Assembly (NCBI GenBank): GCA_964403155.1 | Contig: CAYOEG010000002.1 | Location: 74,296-138,295, forward strand | Length of the DNA stretch: 64,000 nt | Reading direction: 5' to 3' | Source: an uncultured Candidatus Saccharibacteria bacterium | GTDB taxonomy: Bacteria; Patescibacteriota; Dojkabacteria; SC72 | Part shown: positions 38,773 through 48,387 of the stretch, piece by piece | How positions within the stretch are numbered: position 1 is the first letter of the stretch | Layout of the letters: every line of letters starts with the position of its first letter | Made by a program: the position numbers and the translations under genes | Notes under the pieces: model-generated | What the model was told of the DNA's origin: nothing | Seen by the model: the letters and a program-made list of their open reading frames with translations, nothing else | Databases searched by the model: none

Positions 38773-38798
38773 ATTTAACAGGTACCATTATAATTCAT

Positions 38799-39620
38799 TT
38801 AAGGCTTTTCTACCAGAATATCATGCCATTTTAGAGGTTTAGATAATAAACTAAACAGTTGGGCTACTGCAGCAGGGTTAGGTACTCTCTCTGCTATCCA
38901 AACCTGTTCTCCATTTTGCATCGTCTTTAATTCTGCAAAGTTTTCTTCATCCATGGCTAATCTCTTCTCTGATATCTCTAAGAGTGGAATTCGTATCTGT
39001 TCGGCGTAGAAGGCAAGTTTTTTTAGGTAATTAAATAGTGGCTCATATGGTAGCCTAAAGGAATATGATAGATTATGGAACGTCATCTTTCTTCCAGAGA
39101 AAGATTCAGTAGTGTGAGTCCCTTCGGGAGTTGTCTCAATGTGTGGAAATGAAATGCCTGCAAGCTGTAAATATTGGGCGAGACCTTCTACAAGGAAGAT
39201 AGCAGTATCAGCATGATCAATATTATGTGGACTCAATCGGTTCAAAGGAGTTAACGATTGTTCCATTGGGGTTCCAGCGTGATCACCAATTCCACTATAG
39301 ATGTACATCCAAACTCCTCCCCCAGCATCAGGCATTATACATTCTAGAGAGTAATTCTCACCCTTTTTTATCCAATCTAATCTTGTATCAGGATAATCAT
39401 GAATTTGACATAGAACTTCAAATTCACGAGCGAAGTCTTCTGCGTTCTTCCTCGTGATTTGTATGCCAGGTATGAGCCTCTGTACTAAAGCATTTCTATC
39501 AAATGTTCTCCAAGCTATCCCATACCCAGAGGAGCAATCTTCAACGACGGGAAAATCATATTTCTCATAATGTATATTCTCGGGGGAATTAAGTAACTCT
39601 GGATTCAAGTCGTCTGCCAT
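38799..39620 (-). CDS. hypothetical protein
   Basis: 273-aa ORF. No motif recognised. Confidence 0.35.
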   Translation of the reverse strand: MADDLNPELLNSPENIHYEKYDFPVVEDCSSGYGIAWRTFDRNALVQRLIPGIQITRKNAEDFAREFEVLCQIHDYPDTRLDWIKKGENYSLECIMPDAGGGVWMYIYSGIGDHAGTPMEQSLTPLNRLSPHNIDHADTAIFLVEGLAQYLQLAGISFPHIETTPEGTHTTESFSGRKMTFHNLSYSFRLPYEPLFNYLKKLAFYAEQIRIPLLEISEKRLAMDEENFAELKTMQNGEQVWIAERVPNPAAVAQLFSLLSKPLKWHDILVEKP

Positions 39621-39702
39621 AGTGTTTTGTATTTAATTTAAAACAATAGGCAGTTGTATATATCAGTATAATTCATTTAACCTTTTTGTGCTACAATAAA
39701 CT

Positions 39703-40572
39703 ATGTATTACGGAATACACACATCCTCTGCAAGAGGAATAGAAAATACCATCAAAGCAGCCCAGAAGTATGGAGTAAATGCCATACAAATAATGCCAAC
39801 CATACCAATGAGATGGGCAACCAAGCTCCTTCCTGATGAAATGGTTCAAACATTTGTTAATGAATTAGAAAAATCTAATGTTAAAAAGATCCTTATCCAC
39901 GGCATATACCTTACTAACCTTGCTCGAGAAGACAAGCAAATGTTCCATCTAGGTAAGATGGGTCTTGTGGTATATCTCGACTTTGCAGAAAGAGTCGCAA
40001 ATGAAATATCAGAAAGAAAGATAGACGCAGTAATACTAGGGGTATGTTTCCATCCAGGAGCACAAAAAGAACTACCATACGAAGACAGCTTAGAAAGAAT
40101 TACCCATGGGATGAACTGGGTGCTAGAACAAGTCCCAGGAAATCAGAAATTACTAATTGAAAGTACCGCGGGGACGGGAGGAACACTTGGAAGAAGCTTT
40201 ACAGAATTAGGGATTCTAAGAAATGGAGTAGAAGACAAGAAACGAGTAGGGTTTGTCATAGACACGGAACATACATATGCAGCTGGCTACGACTGGGTAA
40301 ATGATATGGAAGGAGTACTAACAGATATGGACAGAGAAATAGGGATAGAGAACGTAAAAGCTATCCATCTGAATGATTCTGCTGTAGGATGTGGTACAAA
40401 CAAAGACAGACATGCTAACTTGGGAAAGGGTAATATAGGAGAAGCAGCATTAAGAAAAATTATACATGACAAGAGATTGGAAAAAGTACCTTTCATACTC
40501 GAAACACCTGCTCTAAAAGACGAAAAATCTACCTTTGAAGAGGTAGAAACATTAAAAAATTTAATTAATTAA
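39703..40572 (+). CDS. nfo: endonuclease IV (AP endonuclease family 2)
   Basis: TIM-barrel Nfo signatures: NAIQIM, VIDTEHTYAAGYD, and HLNDS...DRHANLGKGNIG. Confidence 0.85.
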   Translation: MYYGIHTSSARGIENTIKAAQKYGVNAIQIMPTIPMRWATKLLPDEMVQTFVNELEKSNVKKILIHGIYLTNLAREDKQMFHLGKMGLVVYLDFAERVANEISERKIDAVILGVCFHPGAQKELPYEDSLERITHGMNWVLEQVPGNQKLLIESTAGTGGTLGRSFTELGILRNGVEDKKRVGFVIDTEHTYAAGYDWVNDMEGVLTDMDREIGIENVKAIHLNDSAVGCGTNKDRHANLGKGNIGEAALRKIIHDKRLEKVPFILETPALKDEKSTFEEVETLKNLIN

Positions 40573-40713
40573 AACTATTATGAAAAGAATTTTTAAAACC
40601 AAGTTAATAGCCATTCTCCAAGAAGCTCCAAGCAGTAAGTTATTACTTATTTTTTCCTCAGGAATACTTCTTGCGGTGATTGTATATATTTGTATATTAC
40701 TTTCTAGATAATT

Positions 40714-43700
40714 ATGACGGAGAAGGTAAAGCTAAATGAAAATCAGAAGAAGGCTGTTCAGTATGTAGAGGGGGATCTTCTGATTATTGCTGGTGCAGGG
40801 ACAGGTAAAACGGCAGTCATAACCCAGAGGATATTACATCTCATCAAAAAATGTAATGTAAAACCTTCGGAGATACTAGCTTTAACATTCACAGAGAAGG
40901 CTGCTGCTGAGATGCAGGAGAGAATAGATAATGAGATGGAGTACGGGTACGAAGAACCTTGGATATCCACATTCCATTCATTCTGTGATGGTATTTTGAA
41001 GGAAGAAGGCTACAACATTGGTTTGGATGGAAACTATTCATTGATGACCACAGCGCAGTCATATATCTTCATCAGAAAATACCTGCACGATTTACCATTG
41101 AAGACGCTCAAGCCAAGAGGGATGGTGACCAAGACACTCAATGACATCCTTAAACATTTCTCAAGACTTCAAGACGAGGATGTATCTCCAGAAGACTATC
41201 TAGCATTTGCTAAAAAATTACCTAAGAATACTGAAGCAGAGAAGGCAGATTTTGATAAATACAATGAGTTAGCAGAGACATACAATATGTATTCTGATCT
41301 GAAGTTGAAAGAATCCAAGGTAGATTTTGGAGATTTAATTATCCTTACATTAAAGCTGTTCAGGGAGAGACCAAATATTTTAGAAAAATACAGGAAGAAG
41401 TTTAAATATATCTTGGTAGATGAATTTCAGGATACTAATTACACTCAAAATGTGTTGGTAAATATTCTTACTTTAGGCCTAGATGAAAGTAAAAAGAAGG
41501 AATCGAAAAGAAAAAATGAAAATCAAAGACCACTTCTTACTGTCGTAGGGGATGACGATCAAGCAATTTACAAATTCAGAGGTGCCGCAATCTCCAACAT
41601 TCTTCAGTTCAAAGAAACATATCCTGATGCTATGGAAGTGGTTTTAACTGAAAACTATCGTTCAAGACAAGAAATCCTAGATGCATCACACACCCTAATT
41701 GAAAAAAATAACCCAAATAGATTGGAAGTGACAGAGGAGATAGACAAAAAGCTTGTTGCAAAGGGAGTGTTTAGGGAAGATGAAAATATTGTGAATCTAA
41801 TTACCGCAGGAAACGAAACAGCTGAAGCAGAAAAGATTGCAGAAGAAATTGCGAAATTAACAGGCTTTGGGGAGTACGCAAAAGAAACAGAAAAGGCACA
41901 AGTATTTGATGAAACAGGGCAATCTTCTTTAGTTTCTAACACAGGTGAGATGCCATACAAATTCTCGGATATAGCAATATTAGTAAGGGCCAATTCTCAT
42001 TCAGAGGCGATTGTTCAAGCATTGAGGGATATGGGTATAGAGTACAAGCTAGGAGGATCAAGGGGTTTGTATTTCAGACCTGAGATCCAGGACATTATTG
42101 CCTATATGAAGATACTTACAGACTACTCTGACGAGATATCTATGTACAGGATATTAGCTATGCCAATATGGAAGTTGAGTCCAAGGGAGTATATGGACGT
42201 AAATAGGTTGGCAAGAGAGGAAAAGATATCGCTATTCCAAGAATTAGAAAAACTTTGGAATGTAAGATTAGGGGAGGGAAAAACTGATGAGATTGCAGTT
42301 ATTGAAAATAATTTGATAGAAAAGGTATTCAACGCAGAGAGTATCGCAAGTATTACAAATCTGTTAATCATTTTGAATGAATCCATATTAAAAGTTAAAG
42401 ACGGAAGGCCGATTACAGAGATTCTGTATGATTTTGTAAAAACAAGTGGATATTTGGATTCGTTTGTTACAGAGAATACATCCGAAAGTCTCTTTGCAGT
42501 CTCAAATATTCAGAAATTCTTTGAATCAATTAGAAAATATGAAAAAGACAACCAAAATACAAATATCTACGAATATGTTGACTATCTAAACTATTGTATA
42601 GAGGTAGGGGAGTCTCCAGTGGTTGATCAACTCGAGATGGAGGAATTTAATGCTGTGAATATTATGACAGTACATGGGGCAAAAGGCTTGGAGTATCCAG
42701 TTGTGTTTTTGACCAATCTTGTGTCACAGAGATTTCCATCTAGAAATATGAGTGATTCAATTCCAATGCCGGAAGAACTTGTTAAAGAAGTATTGGACAA
42801 GAAGATGAGCGCAGAGGAATCACACATGCAAGAGGAAAGAAGGCTTTTTTATGTTGGAGCTACACGTGCGAAAGAGAAATTGTATCTCACCGCGGCGAGT
42901 TTCTATGGTGATGCTAAAACTAAGAAAAAACCAAGTGTGTTCCTTTATGAAATTCTTGATAGGGATGTGGCAGAAGAATTCTCGGGAGAAAAGAGTGATA
43001 TTAATATTGATAGCTTTGAAGAAAAAGAGAGTGTTTCAATAACTGGGGCGGATGTAAGAATCCAAGTTGCTAAAAATTTCAGTTACTCGCAGTTAGATAC
43101 GTATGAAGTATGCCCTAGAAAATATGAATATGCATATATATTGAAAGTTCCCCAGAAACCCAATGCGGCGCTTTCATTTGGTATAACGGTGCATAATACA
43201 TTGAATAACTTCTATGCATTGCATAAGAAAGCACAAGAGGGGATAGAAGGAATAGTTCAGTATCCTATGGAAGATGAAATGATAGAACTTTATGAGAAGA
43301 ATTGGACCAGAACAGGCTACGATAGTAGCAAACATGAGCAATTAAGGAAGACCCAGGGAGAGAATATTCTGAGAGAATATTTTAAGAATATATATTCAAA
43401 GGAAGAAAGAATATTAAATCTTGAGGAGAATTTCTCAGTACATACAGCTGAATACAGCTTTGGTGGTAAGGTGGATAGGATTGATTTGGTAGAGGAAGTA
43501 GGGGGTGTGAAGCAGGTTAGAATTGTTGATTACAAAACGGGGAAGGTGAAGAAAGAAGCGGAGATAAAGAATGACCTGCAACTTCCTTTGTATGCGATTT
43601 TTGTAGAGCAAAAATTCGGATACAAAGTAGTGGGTGCCAGGTACATTTTCTTAGAAGAGGGCGTTTCCATTGATGTTGATTTGTTAGAGAAACGAAGAGA

Positions 43701-43827
43701 AAAGGCACAAGAGAAGATGGTCGAGCTTGTTTCTAAAATCCAATCAAAAGAATTCCCAGCAGATCCAGATCCATTCAAATGTAGTATGTGTGATTACAGA
43801 TCTGTGTGCGAATTCGCCAAAATATAG
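40714..43827 (+). CDS. UvrD/PcrA-family helicase fused to a C-terminal RecB-like PD-(D/E)xK nuclease with a Cys cluster (AddA-like single chain)
   Basis: Helicase motif I (IIAGAGTGKT). Nuclease motif GKVDRIDLVEE...RIVDYKTGK. Terminal CSMCDYRSVCEF. Confidence 0.75.
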   Translation: MTEKVKLNENQKKAVQYVEGDLLIIAGAGTGKTAVITQRILHLIKKCNVKPSEILALTFTEKAAAEMQERIDNEMEYGYEEPWISTFHSFCDGILKEEGYNIGLDGNYSLMTTAQSYIFIRKYLHDLPLKTLKPRGMVTKTLNDILKHFSRLQDEDVSPEDYLAFAKKLPKNTEAEKADFDKYNELAETYNMYSDLKLKESKVDFGDLIILTLKLFRERPNILEKYRKKFKYILVDEFQDTNYTQNVLVNILTLGLDESKKKESKRKNENQRPLLTVVGDDDQAIYKFRGAAISNILQFKETYPDAMEVVLTENYRSRQEILDASHTLIEKNNPNRLEVTEEIDKKLVAKGVFREDENIVNLITAGNETAEAEKIAEEIAKLTGFGEYAKETEKAQVFDETGQSSLVSNTGEMPYKFSDIAILVRANSHSEAIVQALRDMGIEYKLGGSRGLYFRPEIQDIIAYMKILTDYSDEISMYRILAMPIWKLSPREYMDVNRLAREEKISLFQELEKLWNVRLGEGKTDEIAVIENNLIEKVFNAESIASITNLLIILNESILKVKDGRPITEILYDFVKTSGYLDSFVTENTSESLFAVSNIQKFFESIRKYEKDNQNTNIYEYVDYLNYCIEVGESPVVDQLEMEEFNAVNIMTVHGAKGLEYPVVFLTNLVSQRFPSRNMSDSIPMPEELVKEVLDKKMSAEESHMQEERRLFYVGATRAKEKLYLTAASFYGDAKTKKKPSVFLYEILDRDVAEEFSGEKSDINIDSFEEKESVSITGADVRIQVAKNFSYSQLDTYEVCPRKYEYAYILKVPQKPNAALSFGITVHNTLNNFYALHKKAQEGIEGIVQYPMEDEMIELYEKNWTRTGYDSSKHEQLRKTQGENILREYFKNIYSKEERILNLEENFSVHTAEYSFGGKVDRIDLVEEVGGVKQVRIVDYKTGKVKKEAEIKNDLQLPLYAIFVEQKFGYKVVGARYIFLEEGVSIDVDLLEKRREKAQEKMVELVSKIQSKEFPADPDPFKCSMCDYRSVCEFAKI

Positions 43828-43844
43828 TGTGGTATAGTATAATA

Positions 43845-44201
43845 ATGCCTATGAATATTATAGAAATGCTAAATAATTTGTTCCCAGTACAGAAGGCATA
43901 CGCATCGTTGGGATCTTCGTTGAGTGGGGAACTGGAGAAGTTATCTGACTCTAGTGCAGCAGATGAATATGGATTGGTAGAGATTGTAAAAAATATTGCC
44001 ATCCCATTAAGTGTTATCTGTGTTGTACTTTTATTGATTTATGGAGGGTATATGCTTATGTCTAGCAAGGGTGATCCAGATAAGCTTCAGGAAGCAAAGC
44101 AGGTTATAACTAATGCAATTATTGGTTTTGTTGTTATATTATTATGTGTGGCAATATTAATATTAATTTCTAATACATTAGGTTTGGGAATCTATGAATA
44201 A
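43845..44201 (+). CDS. VirB2/TrbC-type (T4SS) pilin-like protein, paralog 1
   Basis: C-terminal two-helix hairpin (IYGGYMLMSSKGDPDKLQEAKQVITNAIIGFVVILL) shared with four downstream paralogs. The start was moved to the ATG at 43845, after the helicase stop. Confidence 0.45.
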   Translation: MPMNIIEMLNNLFPVQKAYASLGSSLSGELEKLSDSSAADEYGLVEIVKNIAIPLSVICVVLLLIYGGYMLMSSKGDPDKLQEAKQVITNAIIGFVVILLCVAILILISNTLGLGIYE

Positions 44202-44493
44202 CTTAGCAATCAACATATCACAATTTTCCTCCATCTTTACAACAAAGTACTATGATGTTGAGACATTTGCAAACAGTAAGCTGGCGGAAATTATAAACTG
44301 GGCTACTGGGTTTGCAGCTTTGGTGGCAGTAATATTTCTCATCATTGCAGGATATACATATATAACAGCAGCTGGTGATGCAGATAAGATTGAAAAAGCA
44401 GGGAAAACTATAACCGCAGCAATAATTGGATTAGTAATTGTTTTTGTAGCGAGGGTATTGGTAGAGTTCGTTTTAAGAAAGCTTATAGGGTAA
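44194..44493 (+). CDS. VirB2/TrbC-type pilin-like protein, paralog 2
   Basis: INWATGFAALVAVIFLIIAGYTYITAAGDADKIEKAGKTITAAIIGLVIVFVA. Confidence 0.5.
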   Translation: MNNLAINISQFSSIFTTKYYDVETFANSKLAEIINWATGFAALVAVIFLIIAGYTYITAAGDADKIEKAGKTITAAIIGLVIVFVARVLVEFVLRKLIG

Positions 44494-44556
44494 TCTTGAA
44501 ACATTTCTATCATTTGTATATAATAAACACATAAATTAATATATTTTTAGATTTTT

Positions 44557-44913
44557 ATGAAAACACCAAAAATCTTAGCAGGCGCAACATCTATTTTCTC
44601 AGGATTATATTTAGCTTCTGCAGCTTTCGCAGGCGCAACATCCGATGCAGAGGGTCTTATACAAAATATCGGCGGTACTGGAAAAGCAGACCTTATGACT
44701 TTGATCTATAGCTTAATAAACTGGGCTATCGGCATTGCGGCTTTGGTTTGTGTAGTAGTCTTAATCTTCAGTGGTTATAAGTATATTACTGCTGCAGGAG
44801 ATGAGGCTAAGGTAGAGAGTGCTACAAAAACATTAACCTTTGCAATTATTGGTTTAGTTGTTTGTTTCATTGCAGTCATCTTAGTAAAATTTGTTCTCCA
44901 GAAGCTCGTTTAA
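44557..44913 (+). CDS. VirB2/TrbC-type pilin-like protein, paralog 3 (with signal peptide)
   Basis: Signal peptide MKTPKILAGATSIFSGLYLASAAFAGA, then INWAIGIAALVCVVVLIFSGYKYITAAGDEAKVESATKTLTFAIIGLVV. Confidence 0.5.
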   Translation: MKTPKILAGATSIFSGLYLASAAFAGATSDAEGLIQNIGGTGKADLMTLIYSLINWAIGIAALVCVVVLIFSGYKYITAAGDEAKVESATKTLTFAIIGLVVCFIAVILVKFVLQKLV

Positions 44914-44940
44914 TAGCTCAAAGAGAGAAACGCTTAAGTT

Positions 44941-45210
44941 ATGGGAATAGATTTGAGCCCTTTGGTGGGTACTAGCTATGAAAATTTGCAGGAGTTTTTG
45001 TATTTTTTAATTAACTATGCAATAACGATTTCTGCAGTGGTTGCAGTCGTTTCATTAATAATATCAGGGTTTAAATACATTCTATCTTTTGGTGATGATA
45101 AGAAGGTAAAGGCCGCAACTAGCTCAATCATATACTCTCTAGTAGGTTTGGTACTTGTGTTTGCAGCCCCTATAGTTATAAAATTTGTTATTAATACTTT
45201 ACTAAAATAA
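44941..45210 (+). CDS. VirB2/TrbC-type pilin-like protein, paralog 4
   Basis: INYAITISAVVAVVSLIISGFKYILSFGDDKKVKAATSSIIYSLVGLVLVFAAPIV. Confidence 0.5.
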   Translation: MGIDLSPLVGTSYENLQEFLYFLINYAITISAVVAVVSLIISGFKYILSFGDDKKVKAATSSIIYSLVGLVLVFAAPIVIKFVINTLLK

Positions 45211-45212
45211 TA

Positions 45213-45572
45213 ATGAACAAATTACTTGGTTTGATAACGTATTTTTCATCTCTTTTCTTTGCAACACCAGTCTTGGCAACGAATACAGACCCAGGTGGTA
45301 TGGGTAATACAGTTGTTGGTGCAGGGGATGAACCACTAAAGATAGAAGTAATAGCTGGTGTCGTTGATAAAGTTATGAATATCGTATTCCCAGTAGCCGG
45401 AGTCCTGTGTGTAATATTTATCATTATTGGAGGATATATGTGGATTGCTTCTGCAGGTGATCCTGCTAAGGTAAAACAGGCACAAGGGACATTGACTTGG
45501 GCAATCATAGGTTTAGTCTTTGTATTAGTAGTGAGGCTAATAGTTAGTGCAGTGATAGGTGCTTTAGAGTAA
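45213..45572 (+). CDS. VirB2/TrbC-type pilin-like protein, paralog 5 (with signal peptide)
   Basis: Signal peptide MNKLLGLITYFSSLFFATPVLA, then FPVAGVLCVIFIIIGGYMWIASAGDPAKVKQAQGTLTWAIIGLVFVLVV. Confidence 0.5.
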   Translation: MNKLLGLITYFSSLFFATPVLATNTDPGGMGNTVVGAGDEPLKIEVIAGVVDKVMNIVFPVAGVLCVIFIIIGGYMWIASAGDPAKVKQAQGTLTWAIIGLVFVLVVRLIVSAVIGALE

Positions 45573-45607
45573 TCCAAAAATATCATTCATATAGTGTATA
45601 ATTAGCT

Positions 45608-47449
45608 ATGGTTAAAAAGCCCCTAAATTTCTTACAACTTTGTTTAACTGTCATCCTTTGTGGATATGGGTTTATGCTTTTTACAAATCCTGTATATTCT
45701 GATGAGGCAACAGATCTTGAGAATCAGATAAATCAAAAGAATCAAGAATTAAATGAGAAACAAACAACCCTTTCCCAAGTAGAAGCTAGAATTAAGGAGA
45801 TTAGTGGAAGTAACTATTCAGTAAGTCAAAAGATTGCATTGATAAATGAAGAGATAGCAAAACTAGATGCTAGTATTGCTGCAAATTCGGAGGCTTTGAA
45901 TTCGAAGATCAAGGAGATTGAGGGCAGACAAGCCCTTATTGCTCAGAAGAAAGTAGAGATGGATCAGCTTTCTACAGATCTATATATGCAATCTAGATAT
46001 AGGATGGCAACATTCTTCCTCTCAGGTAAGGATTGGGATATTTTAGTTAAGGAATTTTTCTTAAAACAGAGTAGTATTTCTGTTTTAAAAACAGAGGTTG
46101 AACAGATTAATGGAGAATTTAGTAGTTTAGAAGAGAGTAGGGCGTTGTTAGAGGCAGAAAAAACAAATCTTGAGGCTCAGAAGAAGGATATGGATGATTC
46201 TTATGCTTTGTTAGCTGCTGAGAAGGCAAAGTTGCAGAGTGAATTAAATAGTCAGTATGCAAGTAAGAGTTCGTTGACTAAGACCATAGGGAGTCTTTCT
46301 AAAGAAATTTCTCAATTACAACAATATCTTTTGACAGTGAAATCTGGCGGTACTGTTGTGAATGCGAATTCTGTTCCCCAAAGTTCTTCTGATCCTCAAT
46401 CGTCTCAACTATATTTTCGAAACAATGCTCCATCTGGTGCCTTCGCAGTTTTCTCGTATGGTGCATATACATGGAGACATGGTATGAGTCAGTGGGGGGC
46501 AAGGGCAAGGGCTGATGCGGGACAGTCATATCAGACCATCCTCTCTGCTTATTATCCTGGTACAACGATGGTGAGTGATACAATGAGCACGATAACTGTG
46601 AGATCTTGCAATAGAAACGGCGCACGTTGTAGTGTTTGCAATAGTCCTACATATGCAACATACAGTTTTGAAGACTATTACATGAAGAAAATTGCTGAAA
46701 TGCCAGATGATTTTGGACCAGAGGCTTTGAAAGCACAAGCAATCGCTACAAGAACCTATGCACTTAAAGCAACAAACTATGGGGCAGAAGCAATAGATGA
46801 TGACGAATGTGATCAGGTATTTAATGCAGGTGTGAATAAACCCAATTGGGAGGCCGCAGTTGCAGCCACCAGTGGTATTGTCCTTGCAACTGGGGGAACA
46901 TTAGCAGATACCCCATATGCAGCTGTTCATGGTGGGTATTCATATGATATGGGTTGGGATACCAAATCGGGCAATGGAGGATATTTAGATTGGGAAAAAG
47001 ACGCTTGGGAGAGTGCATCCCAAGTCAGTTGGTTCTACAAAAACTGGTTTAGAAAGGGGTATTCTTTAAGCGGAAATAACTGCGGACGTAATCCATGGCT
47101 AACAAATATTGAAATGGCGGATATATTAAATGCATATTTAAGATGGACGCAAGTTAGTAGCGACTCTAGAATTGTTGCGGTAGACACAACTAGTTGTTGG
47201 GGACAAGCTGCTAACCCATACAGTATTGCTCAACTTCAAGCTGTTGTCTCGAATCCGGTAACATATGTGTATAGCTCAGTCGTAACGAACTCGAATGGTA
47301 CCACGACGAATGTGTCATTTAACACAAACAGGGGAGTTATAAATATACCAGGTCAAGATTTCAAGACAGTTTTCAATATGAGGGCTCCAGGTGCAGTAAG
47401 AATTCCTCAAAATGGAACAATCATGAACATCAACATAGAGTACAAATAA
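45608..47449 (+). CDS. membrane-anchored coiled-coil protein with a SpoIID/LytB-like peptidoglycan hydrolase domain
   Basis: N-terminal TM helix, about 230 aa of coiled coil, then SpoIID-type motifs (MSQWGARARADAGQSYQTILSAYYPGTT and PEALKAQAIATRTYALKA). Confidence 0.6.
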   Translation: MVKKPLNFLQLCLTVILCGYGFMLFTNPVYSDEATDLENQINQKNQELNEKQTTLSQVEARIKEISGSNYSVSQKIALINEEIAKLDASIAANSEALNSKIKEIEGRQALIAQKKVEMDQLSTDLYMQSRYRMATFFLSGKDWDILVKEFFLKQSSISVLKTEVEQINGEFSSLEESRALLEAEKTNLEAQKKDMDDSYALLAAEKAKLQSELNSQYASKSSLTKTIGSLSKEISQLQQYLLTVKSGGTVVNANSVPQSSSDPQSSQLYFRNNAPSGAFAVFSYGAYTWRHGMSQWGARARADAGQSYQTILSAYYPGTTMVSDTMSTITVRSCNRNGARCSVCNSPTYATYSFEDYYMKKIAEMPDDFGPEALKAQAIATRTYALKATNYGAEAIDDDECDQVFNAGVNKPNWEAAVAATSGIVLATGGTLADTPYAAVHGGYSYDMGWDTKSGNGGYLDWEKDAWESASQVSWFYKNWFRKGYSLSGNNCGRNPWLTNIEMADILNAYLRWTQVSSDSRIVAVDTTSCWGQAANPYSIAQLQAVVSNPVTYVYSSVVTNSNGTTTNVSFNTNRGVINIPGQDFKTVFNMRAPGAVRIPQNGTIMNINIEYK

Positions 47450-47492
47450 CCTTGTTCTAACCTTTATTCTATGATATCGTTATACAACCAAT

Positions 47493-48116
47493 ATGAAAGA
47501 CATAATAAGTCAGAACAATAACATCCCTAAGAAATTCAGAAACCTGAAGAGATCTTTCGTAGAAACAATCGCTTTGCACAATGACCACTCCTTTAAATCA
47601 TTTCCCAAAGGATTAAAATTCCATGGAAAAGAACAGGGAGAAGAAATTGTATTGGTCATAAGATCACATTGGATAATATATCTACCACAGATATTGGCAA
47701 CACTATTAGTATTGGCCTTACCATGGATCCTTGTTGGGATATTTAGCTCTATCCTACACAATTTCACAATATTCCTGGCCTTACTAATAACCTCGTTCTT
47801 AATTGCTGCTAGTATTGTAGTCTCATCAATCCTAAAATGGTATTACAATGTCAGTATAATAACTGATCAGAGAGTCATAGATTTGGATTTCCCTAATATA
47901 ATGGCACATTCTATGTCTGAAGCTCAGCTTGAAAAAATTGAAGATGTAACACACAAACAGCTTGGGATATTAGGAAGTTTCTTTGATGTAGGATCGGTAT
48001 ATATCCAAACCGCAGGAACAGCTCAAAATATCGAATTTACAAATGTCCCAAGACCAAGAGATATTCAAGATATTTTAATAGATATGTTGGAATCTAAGCA
48101 GAAAGGAGAAATATGA
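47493..48116 (+). CDS. membrane protein with a C-terminal bacterial PH-like (YdbS/YdbT-type) domain (tentative)
   Basis: Two TM helices, then a beta-rich segment with a YdbT-like pattern (VIDLDFPNI...SVYIQTAGTAQNIEF). Confidence 0.3.
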   Translation: MKDIISQNNNIPKKFRNLKRSFVETIALHNDHSFKSFPKGLKFHGKEQGEEIVLVIRSHWIIYLPQILATLLVLALPWILVGIFSSILHNFTIFLALLITSFLIAASIVVSSILKWYYNVSIITDQRVIDLDFPNIMAHSMSEAQLEKIEDVTHKQLGILGSFFDVGSVYIQTAGTAQNIEFTNVPRPRDIQDILIDMLESKQKGEI

Positions 48117-48385
48117 TGGATAATCCAAATGATATATTGGACAATTTAGGTAAAAATCCATTATCAGGGTTAGGAATAAATGCAATCGGTCTTCTCAAAG
48201 CACCAATAATCATAATCCTCATAGGTAATCTTCTCTTCTCAGCACTACTCTTCTTAAGATCTAGAATCCTAGCAGACACATTTGAATCTTCCAGTAACAA
48301 AGTTATAAAAATAATAGTATCTAGTTATCTTGTTCTAACAGTTATAGGAAGCATAGTCACGGTACTATTTCTTTTAATTGGATAA
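48113..48385 (+). CDS. small two-TM membrane protein
   Basis: 90-aa ORF whose start overlaps the upstream stop. Confidence 0.3.
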   Translation: MMDNPNDILDNLGKNPLSGLGINAIGLLKAPIIIILIGNLLFSALLFLRSRILADTFESSSNKVIKIIVSSYLVLTVIGSIVTVLFLLIG

Positions 48386-48387
48386 TT

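Noticed and set aside
38500-38778. A 92-aa ORF on the plus strand.
   Set aside because: It overlaps the minus-strand tRNA-Ser(GCU) and the end of the LmbE gene.
43806-43844. The upstream start of pilin paralog 1, which overlaps the helicase by 22 nt.
   Set aside because: An in-frame ATG lies at 43845 just after the helicase stop. The shorter form avoids the overlap.
45191-45586. A 131-aa minus-strand ORF.
   Set aside because: It is antisense to pilin paralog 5. The sense strand carries the conserved family motif.
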